A stretch of DNA of 43,685 bases from a virus: the IMG/VR virus record IMGVR_UViG_3300045988_135432, positions 1 to 43,685 of that record; one strand, given 5' to 3'. Under the pieces are notes generated by a model that saw only the letters and a list, made by a program, of their open reading frames with translations, was not told the DNA's origin and made no database searches. A program made the position numbers and the translations under genes. Shown here piece after piece: positions 33,101 through 40,392 of the stretch. The number at the start of each line of letters is the position of its first letter. The first letter of the stretch is position 1.

Positions 33101-33860
33101 TCGGTTCGGCTTTCTTTACGCTCTTGGTTGACGCTTCATTATTTTTAATGAAGGTCTGAATCCTCTGCGGGAACGCTGAGAATCCGCGGGCGATTTTGTC
33201 CATTTCGGTTGCGAGGGGTGCCATTGCCGCCGTGAGCCGTTCAATTGTCGCGGCAAACTTGTCCATGTCGACGGCTTCAAGATCCTTCGACAGCTGAGTG
33301 AATTTGCCGAGCTGATTTATAAATGAGGTGAGGTGCGCAGGGGTGAGAGCTGACAATGGCTGTAACGCGGTCGCAAGGTCTTTGAAGCGTGCGAGGTTGA
33401 CGCCTTGCAAGTTCTTTGCCGCGTCTCCGATGCTCTGGAGTTGATGCCCGATAGACGCTGAGATTTGCGGCATTTTCGCACCGCTGAGTTGGGTCAGAGC
33501 GGATGCCAGTGACGATATCCGCTTTACGTCCGACTCGGTGACGCCGCTCAGCGCGGTATCCAGGGCGGTGATCTGGTTCGAGAGTGATTTCGGCACGGCG
33601 GCGCTGACCTTCCCGACCGACTTGAGGTCGAGCAGTGACGAAGCGAGAGCCGTGATTTTGTCAGCGTTGTTCCCGATCCCGCCTATTGCCGTCGAAAGTG
33701 AGCCGAATTGTATAATCGCGTTGTTCAGATTCAGCCCCGCGACGCTCTTTTGCAGCTTCCGAAGCCCGGACGCGAGGCTCGAGAGGTCTTTCGACGCCGT
33801 GCCCGCGCTGTGCTCTATTGCGACAGACAGACTGTCTATCTGCACTTCGTTATCTGCCAT
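30153..33860 (-). CDS. Tail tape measure protein
   Basis: 1235 aa, helical with Gly/Ala-rich TM-like middle segments. Position after the tail chaperones. Confidence 0.92.
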   Translation of the reverse strand: MADNEVQIDSLSVAIEHSAGTASKDLSSLASGLRKLQKSVAGLNLNNAIIQFGSLSTAIGGIGNNADKITALASSLLDLKSVGKVSAAVPKSLSNQITALDTALSGVTESDVKRISSLASALTQLSGAKMPQISASIGHQLQSIGDAAKNLQGVNLARFKDLATALQPLSALTPAHLTSFINQLGKFTQLSKDLEAVDMDKFAATIERLTAAMAPLATEMDKIARGFSAFPQRIQTFIKNNEASTKSVKKAEPTWQKFFETISKGSKKSSSGLTNFAKQLFSIATIKKVWLKATDSLESANEYIEALNLFYVSTGSYAEKAQDYANLVGDSYGVDPAEFMKMQATFMDVSKSFGTASGTAYTMSKALTQLTYDISSLYNLKVDESLNKVRSALVGEIEPIRALGKDLSVANLKLLATELGITANVDAMNQSEKAMLRTISLLRQSNSAMGDMARTLEQPANQFRILKAQLTLLERAIGDLFLPLVQKTLPYMIAFVKVGQRIVSAFAALAGFELPKFDYADSVIKGNEGVADSADDAAKSMKKLYQLSFDELNILGSQNSSSSGTGMSAADLAKLEAELNRLAKIEDDMFSKNLGEATDKIAAQIEKWLTNGKGVEEWAKNVWEYFSGISEGASEIAAALLKWKVPQKIWDFFKTAVFKVAGIDLDFGGTALGTTSGKADLWKVLGVGIGTLLGLKAISLFSRANGFGGSIPNLLLSIAALSIAAETIGGSPSATGGQTLLGVAKTGITALLGGAAISLFTLGPKGFKAGGLPLTLGLAGLTMSATGIFELGNDTGADDLAGAIKLGIGALLTTAAASLTGVKVATRLGAGAATAGTVGLFAGALSIIIGATIGAVVFPDECRKAFEAVSEALGHSIKSVTDSLKDTIDKAVDLGSFDFKAQFGIDENTFKVISTFGDPRLAAKLNEVTAATKQNVQSTSSELDNLNRQFYTSSTIANQSSQSIVNNTTKTIKNGINDVANSDVYKPLYDMMDKVGDELNQKGTSAGKNVAKGFANGTSEGSQDAAKAMQELSRMTMQLFTDDLGIHSPSTVFEGYGINVDIGFANGVTLGLPNVTDAFGNVWTSIRIDFSSFANGMLASARAFVNQLNQTLSSVSFNGGNAAKSIIGKTPRMIPAFATGGFPEDGMFYANSGELVGRFSNGRTAVANNAQIIEGIENAVYRAMTAAQRGSGRGGKIELILDKQVVGRAFGDAIDSEKRRSGANTKITFTNGGTR

Positions 33861-34311
33861 TCAATTCACCTCCTCCGAACCTTTCCTGTAATTTTCTTTC
33901 TTTATCCTGATATTCCTGCATGAGGATCATTCTCCGTGCGTATTCCTCGGGGGAAATGGCGGACGCTTTTTCCTCCTGACTCCGCAGGTCATATGGCTTA
34001 TCCGGGAACTTTCCGTTCTTCGAGAAGCACGCTCCGATGGCGTCCCGGACGTATACGCCGGTCATATATGCGTGAAAGTTCATCCGATCACGTTCTTCAC
34101 GCTGGTTCTTTTCGTATATATCGAGAAAAGGCTTCATGCGGCGCGGATTGAGCCGCCAGAATGTAGTAAGGTCAAGCCCGATCCTGTAAGCCGCAGGAAG
34201 CCAGTTTTCGTATACCGTTTCGGCGGCGTTCGGAGTCAGGCGTTCGAGGCGATGCCCGCCGCCTGCTTCTTCTCCGCCGTCTTCGCCTTCGTGATCATCG
34301 CTTTGAAAAAA
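33850..34311 (-). CDS. Tail assembly chaperone extension (GT-like), reached by a -1 frameshift
   Basis: The -1 frame after the slippery site continues as FFQSDDHEGED...; this matches track ORF 33850..34326. Confidence 0.75.
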   Translation of the reverse strand, partial: FFQSDDHEGEDGGEEAGGGHRLERLTPNAAETVYENWLPAAYRIGLDLTTFWRLNPRRMKPFLDIYEKNQREERDRMNFHAYMTGVYVRDAIGACFSKNGKFPDKPYDLRSQEEKASAISPEEYARRMILMQEYQDKERKLQERFGGGELNGR

Positions 34312-34559
34312 GCGCTGTCGTCGCACGCCTTCATGAATGCCGCCGAGAGGTCGGAGAGGTCGCCGCCCCCTATGATGTGTGCTTCGATTTCCTGCCCCGC
34401 CTCTTCGGCGCTGACGCCCTCACAGTACGCAAGATAGGCTCTGAGTGCCGCGAGGGGCTTCGTGCCGAAAGAGTAGATGTCGCCGCCGAGATCGTTGAGC
34501 TCGATTGTGGCGTTGAAATCGATAGGTTTTGCCGTTATTTCTTTACCGTTGATGATCAT
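34236..34559 (-). CDS. Tail assembly chaperone (G-like, unshifted product)
   Basis: SD AAAGGAGA. Lies between the major tail and tape measure genes. Confidence 0.8.
   Translation of the reverse strand: MIINGKEITAKPIDFNATIELNDLGGDIYSFGTKPLAALRAYLAYCEGVSAEEAGQEIEAHIIGGGDLSDLSAAFMKACDDSAFFKAMITKAKTAEKKQAAGIASNA
34305..34311 (-). promoter_or_regulatory. Programmed -1 ribosomal frameshift heptamer T_TTT_TTC
   Basis: Minus-strand GCT TTT TTC AAA in the G frame; an X_XXY_YYZ pattern. Confidence 0.75.
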
Positions 34560-34581
34560 GGTTTATCTCCTTTTTGATATG

Positions 34582-35040
34582 TCAGCCGCCGATAGTGGGC
34601 TTTGCCGCGAGACCGGTGACTTTGTTTACGGTGATGGTGCCGGATACCTGGAACGCCGAGTTCGAGGTGACCTCGGGAAATCTGAGCATCGAGGGCGAGC
34701 CGGAGTAGTAGAAGCTCTTTTCGTAGTTCGGGATGACCTGGGTGAACCAGAGGGTTTTACCCGCTGCCGCCGCGGTCGACATGGCTTCTCTCATAGCCTC
34801 CCACGCGTCGATGAAATCAGAAGCCCAGTTGCCGGTGACGTCTACGCTGCCGGTGTCGGACAGTCCCTGCTCATAGCGCTTGAACGAGGTCTCGGAGACC
34901 GGCGTGATTTCTATGGTGTCTGGGGTCGAGCCGATTTCGCCCCAGCTGACGACGTTCGGAATTTCTATCCAGCCGGTGGTGGGCTGAGTGCCCGCGGTGG
35001 CTTCGGGGGCGTAATAGAATTTGATGCCGTTGGTGGTCAT
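34582..35040 (-). CDS. Major tail protein
   Basis: 152 aa, SD GGAGGT. Canonical position upstream of the chaperones. Confidence 0.8.
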   Translation of the reverse strand: MTTNGIKFYYAPEATAGTQPTTGWIEIPNVVSWGEIGSTPDTIEITPVSETSFKRYEQGLSDTGSVDVTGNWASDFIDAWEAMREAMSTAAAAGKTLWFTQVIPNYEKSFYYSGSPSMLRFPEVTSNSAFQVSGTITVNKVTGLAAKPTIGG

Positions 35041-35043
35041 TTA

Positions 35044-35439
35044 TCATACCTCCATTTTGGTTGATTGAAGTTTTGAATATCTCGCGACCATCCTGTAGAT
35101 GGACGCGTCGTTTTCGTTCGGGAAGGGGTTGCAGAATGTGCGCTGGAAGTGATAGCCCTGCATGGTCTCGTCGACCGCGGCCATGACCGCCTTGCATTCA
35201 CTCTTTTTCCCGCTTTTCTTGTTTGAAAACACGTCGACGGTATAGGAAAGCCGCGCGTTGGTCTCTCCGCCGGTCACACGGAAGGAGAGCGCCTCGGAGG
35301 CGTTATCGGTTTCGCGGATGTACACATGAGGGAAGGAGGACGGCTTCGGGACAAATTCGGAGACAACCGTTGCTTTCTGGAACTTCTTCGTGACAGCCGT
35401 TCGCACAGCGTCGACGAATGTGTTTTCAAAATCGATCAT
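35044..35439 (-). CDS. Tail terminator / tail completion protein
   Basis: Position and size (131 aa). Confidence 0.6.
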   Translation of the reverse strand: MIDFENTFVDAVRTAVTKKFQKATVVSEFVPKPSSFPHVYIRETDNASEALSFRVTGGETNARLSYTVDVFSNKKSGKKSECKAVMAAVDETMQGYHFQRTFCNPFPNENDASIYRMVARYSKLQSTKMEV

Positions 35440-35936
35440 CTCTTCATCTCCTGTAATACTTCTTCAAAAGCTCTGTACAGCGGCATTTGCGCCGCAGTTC
35501 CGTGCGTGATGACGAGGTTGCCGTCTTCGGCGTAGTAGCCCCACGCCTTCTGATTTCCCTGCCCCTTGCCATATCCGCCGATAACGAATCCGAGTTCGGC
35601 GCCTTTCGGGTGAGGGGACGCTCCGGCGGGGGGATTGTAATAGATTCCTGCCCCGAACTCGATGAACGTCACCTCGGGTCCTTCGGCGACGACTTTGTAG
35701 CCGGTGCCGGTCTTTTCCACCCGGCATTTCACGTCGGCTTCGCCTCTGACACCTCTCGCGAGGCTGTCGTACCACGCGGCGTCGAAGTTCGCCTGCGCTT
35801 TTTCGCATATCCGTTCGGCGATATCGCGCGCGGCGTCGTCGAGCCGGTCCCGGTTGGCTGACATGAGGGATGCGACCTCATCGAGAGCGGACTTGACGCT
35901 GCCGGGCGACAGCCGGACGGTTATGCGTTTCTGCAT
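35436..35936 (-). CDS. Head-tail joining protein (HK97 gp10-like)
   Basis: Position and size (166 aa); gp10-like N-terminal helix. Confidence 0.6.
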   Translation of the reverse strand: MQKRITVRLSPGSVKSALDEVASLMSANRDRLDDAARDIAERICEKAQANFDAAWYDSLARGVRGEADVKCRVEKTGTGYKVVAEGPEVTFIEFGAGIYYNPPAGASPHPKGAELGFVIGGYGKGQGNQKAWGYYAEDGNLVITHGTAAQMPLYRAFEEVLQEMKR

Positions 35937-35950
35937 GGCAATCTCCTTCG

Positions 35951-36304
35951 CTACGTTCCTACGTCGACTTGTTTCAGCGCGACGAGCGTTCCGTTTATCG
36001 ACTTCGACACGCGCCTGACGCGGTAGTTGTACGGGGCGGTCGGCTCTGCGTCGAGCCAGACAACCGAGTTCTCGTCAAGCTCCGTGGTCTCGGTGCAGAG
36101 CACTTTGTCGTAGTCGATCATCGTTCCGAATCCGGCGGCGTAAGAATCGCCTTTGGCGGCGGAGATGTTGCCCCACGCCTTTACGGGTTCGGTGTAGATG
36201 ACTTCCTGCTCGCCGGTGTAGTTGCCGTTTTCGTCGGTGACGTCCTGAGTGCCCGCAAAGAGGGCGTACCAGTACGGAATCCGGTTCTTCGCGAGTGTCC
36301 TCAT
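35951..36304 (-). CDS. Head closure / head-tail adaptor protein
   Basis: Position and size (117 aa). Confidence 0.6.
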   Translation of the reverse strand: MRTLAKNRIPYWYALFAGTQDVTDENGNYTGEQEVIYTEPVKAWGNISAAKGDSYAAGFGTMIDYDKVLCTETTELDENSVVWLDAEPTAPYNYRVRRVSKSINGTLVALKQVDVGT

Positions 36305-36633
36305 GAGATCACCCCTACATACGGCATTACGTTCTTGTGGATGTATTCGAGGCAGGACGAATACCCGAACTGTCTCGATATTCCGTTTTCATTGTGAGCG
36401 GTTTCGCCTTCGCCGCCGATCTGCGAGAAGCCGATCATGACGGCGTTCAACTGGACGCTTTCGTATTCCTGCGGCACGTCGGTCACGTCGTCCGGTATGC
36501 TCCCGGTAGCCCCGTACCTCCACGAGAGGATTTCGTCTCGTGTGAAGTCGAGGAACGCCGAGAGCGTGTCGTCGTCCGTGTCGGGAAGCCGCATCATCCG
36601 TTTCAGCCGGATCAGCTTCTCGTCTGCGGTCAT
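36301..36633 (-). CDS. Head-tail connector (gp6-like)
   Basis: Directly after the capsid gene; LKRMMRLPDTDDDTLSAFLDFTRDEI pattern. Confidence 0.65.
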   Translation of the reverse strand: MTADEKLIRLKRMMRLPDTDDDTLSAFLDFTRDEILSWRYGATGSIPDDVTDVPQEYESVQLNAVMIGFSQIGGEGETAHNENGISRQFGYSSCLEYIHKNVMPYVGVIS

Positions 36634-36636
36634 GGT

Positions 36637-37659
36637 TTAGCCGTTCGTGAGGAGGCGCGCGATCGGGATTTCCTTCGGAGCGAACTTAAGAACCCAGTTT
36701 GCGGACGCCTCGAGCTGCGCGTCGGTGGGGGAGTTGGTCCAGCCGGTGGAAGGCAGCTTGAACGAGAAGCCGTTCGGGTGGATGCACTCGCGGATTCTGG
36801 TGATGAGAGTGTCCTGACCGTTGTTCTTCGTCGGCTCGCGGAAAGTCTCGACCGGCACGTCCTGTCTTGCCCAGCAGTGGCGGAGAACGCCGGTACCGAG
36901 GAGGTAGGTCGTGTACTTCTTAAGGTCCTTGTTCGCCTCGGAGCCGCCGACCGCGGTGACCGGAACGCCGTCGTCGATGATGACGGTATAGCCGTTCACG
37001 GACGCGAGACCGAGGTTCCTCTGGATGCCGTTCGCGTCGGTCTGCTTCCAGTAATCGAGAACCTGGAGGTTTTCGAGGGTGCGGGCGACAGAGGAGTGCA
37101 TGATAGCGAGCTTGTACGCGTCCTTGTTGTCGCCGAGGGTATCGGTCGCAAGGTCGTTGAGGTCGGTCTCGTTAATCTTTCTCGCGGTCGCGGTCGCGGA
37201 GCCGACGTCGACGGTGTGAGCGGTCCACGCGGCGTTGCCGGTGATGCCGAAGATTGCGCCGAGGATGGCGATAATCTTCTTCTGGCGGTACTTCGCCCAG
37301 AATTTCGCGGTGGACGAGATGATGTGGCCCATCGGGTCTGCGCCGGAAAGCTCGCCTACGAAGTCACGCGCGGTCCATGCGACGTCGCGGCCGTACGCGA
37401 CATAGTTCTGCTGGTCTGCCTGGGTCTCGGTCGAGGTAATGTCGGTCTGGCCGTCGTGGTTCACGGGAGTGCCGGCGAGGGTCTTGTAGAACGGAATGGT
37501 GCCGTAGTTGCCGGAGGATATGAGTCTCGAGGCGAGCACCGGGTCTTCAACCATTACGCCGGAATCGAGGAGCGCGGTCTTTTCGGAGTCGGGCTCTGCA
37601 AGCCAGCGGGCAATGAAGAGATCGTCGTCAAAGGGGTAGTTGAGGTAGGTCTTGGACAT
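36637..37659 (-). CDS. Major capsid protein
   Basis: 340 aa; immediately follows the scaffold gene. Confidence 0.85.
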   Translation of the reverse strand: MSKTYLNYPFDDDLFIARWLAEPDSEKTALLDSGVMVEDPVLASRLISSGNYGTIPFYKTLAGTPVNHDGQTDITSTETQADQQNYVAYGRDVAWTARDFVGELSGADPMGHIISSTAKFWAKYRQKKIIAILGAIFGITGNAAWTAHTVDVGSATATARKINETDLNDLATDTLGDNKDAYKLAIMHSSVARTLENLQVLDYWKQTDANGIQRNLGLASVNGYTVIIDDGVPVTAVGGSEANKDLKKYTTYLLGTGVLRHCWARQDVPVETFREPTKNNGQDTLITRIRECIHPNGFSFKLPSTGWTNSPTDAQLEASANWVLKFAPKEIPIARLLTNG

Positions 37660-37695
37660 TGTTTAATCATCCTTTCGAAAAATGAGGTTGTGCGG

Positions 37696-38238
37696 TCACG
37701 CCTTGAAGAGTGCCGCGAATTCGGTCGGATTATCGTTCTTGAACTGGACCTGTTCGGCGAAAGTGAGCTTGCCGAAAGCTTCTTTGGTCATGGCGGTCGT
37801 TGCGGGAGCCTGCGAGGGGGCTTTGACGCCGGCCGCGAGTTCGCCCTTGACCTTGTTCGCCGTCGCTTCTCCATAAGCCTTGAACGCCGCCGCAATCGCC
37901 GTAGCGACCGAGGTCGTCTGTTCTGCGTCAGTGGTGACAATGCCATCGAGGAAGGTCTCGTAGGCTTCCTTGGTCATGCCGTTCCCCGCGAGGATGCTCG
38001 CGGCTTCCTGCCGGTTCGCCTTGACGGTGAGCTGCTCGATCTGCTGCCTCTGCGCTTCGAGGCGTTCGGTCAGAGTGCCTTCATTGGTCTTCATGTCCTT
38101 CTTCGCTTTGGCGAGGTCGGACGCGGTCTTGTCGAAGGTCTCTTTGTTCACGAAGTTCTTGGTCGAGAGCGCCGTCGCGATCTCTTCCGCAGTCATTCCT
38201 TCGCGGTAATCTTCACCGAGTAAATCTCTGAGTTCCAT
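37696..38238 (-). CDS. Scaffolding protein (GP20-like)
   Basis: Helical and charged; AAAGGGA SD before the ATG at 38238 (the upstream ATG at 38283 lacks an SD). Confidence 0.8.
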   Translation of the reverse strand: MELRDLLGEDYREGMTAEEIATALSTKNFVNKETFDKTASDLAKAKKDMKTNEGTLTERLEAQRQQIEQLTVKANRQEAASILAGNGMTKEAYETFLDGIVTTDAEQTTSVATAIAAAFKAYGEATANKVKGELAAGVKAPSQAPATTAMTKEAFGKLTFAEQVQFKNDNPTEFAALFKA

Positions 38239-38317
38239 GTGATAATCCCTTTCTGCGTTTGGTGAGGCGGTTCTCTCCGCCATAGATTCGCGTTTTTCGG
38301 ACTTCTCTGTCCATTGT

Positions 38318-38369
38318 TTAATAAATTAAAACCAGCGTCGCCCCGAGGAGTGGACTTAATAAATTAAAA
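38318..38369. repeat. Two exact copies of the AT-rich 14-mer TTAATAAATTAAAA, 38 bp apart
   Basis: Copies at 38318-38331 and 38356-38369, in otherwise GC-rich DNA upstream of the scaffold gene. Confidence 0.85.
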
Positions 38370-38421
38370 AGAGCGCCAGAACCGACAGGCTGTGTAAAAG
38401 CCTGTAGATATCTGGCGCTCT
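38365..38421 (-). terminator. Branched intrinsic terminator after portal and com
   Basis: Minus strand: AGAGCGCCAGA ... ACAGGCT tttacac AGCCTGT ... TCTGGCGCTCT followed by TTTTT. Confidence 0.7.
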
Positions 38422-38430
38422 TGGCGCTCT
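38414..38430 (-). repeat. Tandem AGAGCGCC-A-AGAGCGCC (minus sense); the second copy forms the 5' arm of the terminator stem
   Basis: ggcgctct at 38414-38421 and 38423-38430 on the plus strand. Confidence 0.85.
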
Positions 38431-38455
38431 GTGTTGTAGTGCGGGGTGTCCCCGC

Positions 38456-38641
38456 TTATGACGCGACCGTGCGTATGACGGCGTGTGAGCCTTCTGTGTG
38501 GGCTCTGACCGTCGTTCCGCAGCCGCGACACTTTATCTCCGCCACACCGTTTATTGCTCCGAGGAGCCGCCCACAGTGCGGGCAGCGGACTTTAATCAGT
38601 TCCGGAGCTTCCGCCGCCGGAATCGCTTTTGTTTCCGTCAT
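38456..38641 (-). CDS. com: Mu Com-like zinc-ribbon protein (61 aa)
   Basis: VRCPHCGRLLGAINGVAEIKCRGCG matches the Com pattern (RC..C..LL......E.KC..C). SD GGAGG. The start lies inside the last 50 nt of the portal gene. Confidence 0.75.
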   Translation of the reverse strand: MTETKAIPAAEAPELIKVRCPHCGRLLGAINGVAEIKCRGCGTTVRAHTEGSHAVIRTVAS

Positions 38642-40151
38642 TGCTTCCGCCTCCGGGCTTGTCCGGCCCTGAATTGTCCTGCCCGGCAGCCCCGCTCTGG
38701 AGCCGCGCGGCGAGGTATGGGATCGAGTCGATATACGCCTGGTTCGGATCGTCGAACAGGTGGGGTATACCGAACGCGATTTCGGGGTGTACTCCGGCGT
38801 CGAGAAGGTTCATGAGAGCCTGCGTTTTGACGAGCAGATTCTCGGTGTTGCCCTTCGTGAACCGGATGTCGATGTCGGCGAGCCCTAGGTCGAGCTTGCC
38901 GTATGTTCTGAGGAGCGACAGCGCGATGCGGAGGAACTGTTTTTCGCTTCGTTCCCACTGCATAACGGTGTCTCTGGCGCAGCTTTCCGCCATTGCCCAT
39001 CCGTCGCGGAGCAGTACGGCGTTGCCAGTGTCTCCGGTCGTGCGGTTCGCGCCGTTTCTGTCCGGCATACCGCAGATTGTGAGGGCTTGCTGATAGAGGT
39101 GGTCGATTTCGACCTGTGTCTGCGATTGGTCGAGTTCGGATGAGATGATATCGACGTCCGAGGGGTTTGAGTTGTCCGACTTGATGACGATAGCGCCTTC
39201 CTGCCGGAATTCCTTATACTTCTCGGGGTCTATCTGGCAGTTGACGAATTTAATGAAACTCTGGACGAACTGTTCCGTACCGTCGAGCCGGTTCGAGGAC
39301 AGTTTGTTGATGCCGTCGAGGACTTCGAGAACAACCTCGAAGGAACCGAGCCGCGCGTTGTTGAGCGGGTACTCGATGATCGGAACCGCCCCGATGCCGT
39401 GGAGCCTCGAGGACGTGACTGTGTTGTTCACGATCTCGAACTGCATTGTATCCGTCCAGACGGTGTAGATCGTCTGCTGCTTGTCTCTGAGCGTCTCCTG
39501 GAACGCCATGATGGGCTTCGCGCCGAGCTCTTTCGAGTAGACGACGCCGGTCCGTCTCGGGTCGAGACTGCCGATTTCGATTTTTTCGTCGTTTTCGAGG
39601 CTGCCGATGACATATCGGAACGCGGTTCCGCAGATGTGGTTCCACTCGGCTATGTCGTGGTCGATAGCTTCCTTGTCGAGGACGTGCATGATTTCGTTGA
39701 GCCGCCCGACCTTTTCGGACACCGGATCGCGCGTCTGCGCGGCGGTGATCTCGTCGGGGGTCATGGTCATGCGCGCCTCTCCGCTCCGGATTTTCCGGCG
39801 CGTGTACGCGATGGGCGCTCCGAGAAGATACGCGACCTTGAAGGAGACGATTTCCCACGCGTGATTTTCGACGATTTTGTTGTTGATCTCCGGTCGTACT
39901 TCCTTGACGCGGTTGAGGATGGGCTGTCTGCCCTTGTAGTAGCCGTAGAGATAATTTATGTCGCTCTGGTTCCGGTGAAAGGTCGGAAGGACCTCGTTCA
40001 GCACCTGTACGACGTTCTCCGCGTCGACCGTTTCCGCGTCGGTGTAGATGACGTGTCGTCCGGTCAGTACCGGAGAGACGTCGGGGAGGTCTGCCGCGCC
40101 GAATATGGGTGTTCCGTCGTCCGCATACCCTTCGACTTTTGGTTCCGCCAT
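38592..40151 (-). CDS. Portal protein (SPP1 gp6-like)
   Basis: 519 aa after terL; NYLYGYYKGRQPILNR...NNKIVENHA pattern; Gly/Ser-rich C-terminal tail. Confidence 0.88.
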   Translation of the reverse strand: MAEPKVEGYADDGTPIFGAADLPDVSPVLTGRHVIYTDAETVDAENVVQVLNEVLPTFHRNQSDINYLYGYYKGRQPILNRVKEVRPEINNKIVENHAWEIVSFKVAYLLGAPIAYTRRKIRSGEARMTMTPDEITAAQTRDPVSEKVGRLNEIMHVLDKEAIDHDIAEWNHICGTAFRYVIGSLENDEKIEIGSLDPRRTGVVYSKELGAKPIMAFQETLRDKQQTIYTVWTDTMQFEIVNNTVTSSRLHGIGAVPIIEYPLNNARLGSFEVVLEVLDGINKLSSNRLDGTEQFVQSFIKFVNCQIDPEKYKEFRQEGAIVIKSDNSNPSDVDIISSELDQSQTQVEIDHLYQQALTICGMPDRNGANRTTGDTGNAVLLRDGWAMAESCARDTVMQWERSEKQFLRIALSLLRTYGKLDLGLADIDIRFTKGNTENLLVKTQALMNLLDAGVHPEIAFGIPHLFDDPNQAYIDSIPYLAARLQSGAAGQDNSGPDKPGGGSNDGNKSDSGGGSSGTD

Positions 40152-40295
40152 TCTTTCACCACCAGTTCTTTGAAAATTCGCCCCGACGTGAGAAAGGTTA
40201 AAAACAGCGTCGGGGCGGAGGAGAAAACCATATCCGCAAACGGTGCGGAGCATGGCAGACAGGCGGAAGGGGAAAGGGGTCGCCCGTCATGTAAT

Positions 40296-40324
40296 ATTAT
40301 ACACCTTAAACGAATTTTTGTCAA
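40296..40324 (-). promoter_or_regulatory. Perfect consensus promoter TTGACA-17-TATAAT between terL and portal
   Basis: Reverse complement: TTGACA = 40324-40319, TATAAT = 40301-40296. Confidence 0.7.
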
Positions 40325-40353
40325 GTGTTCCGGATAAACTTGTTGCATTATTA

Positions 40354-40387
40354 CGAAATTCCGTCATGGAAGGCGAAATTCCGTCAT
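40354..40387. repeat. Two exact copies of CGAAATTCCGTCAT, 20 bp apart, upstream of the promoter
   Basis: Copies at 40354-40367 and 40374-40387. A related CCGTCATG lies at 40284-40291. Confidence 0.8.
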
Positions 40388-40392
40388 ATGTG

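Noticed and set aside
36337-38223. 628-aa plus-strand ORF, the longest plus-strand ORF in the window
   Set aside because: It lies antisense to the connector, major capsid and scaffold genes, which have clear SD sites and recognisable products. Its R/G/V/E-rich composition is typical of an off-strand frame in GC-rich DNA, and it has no SD.
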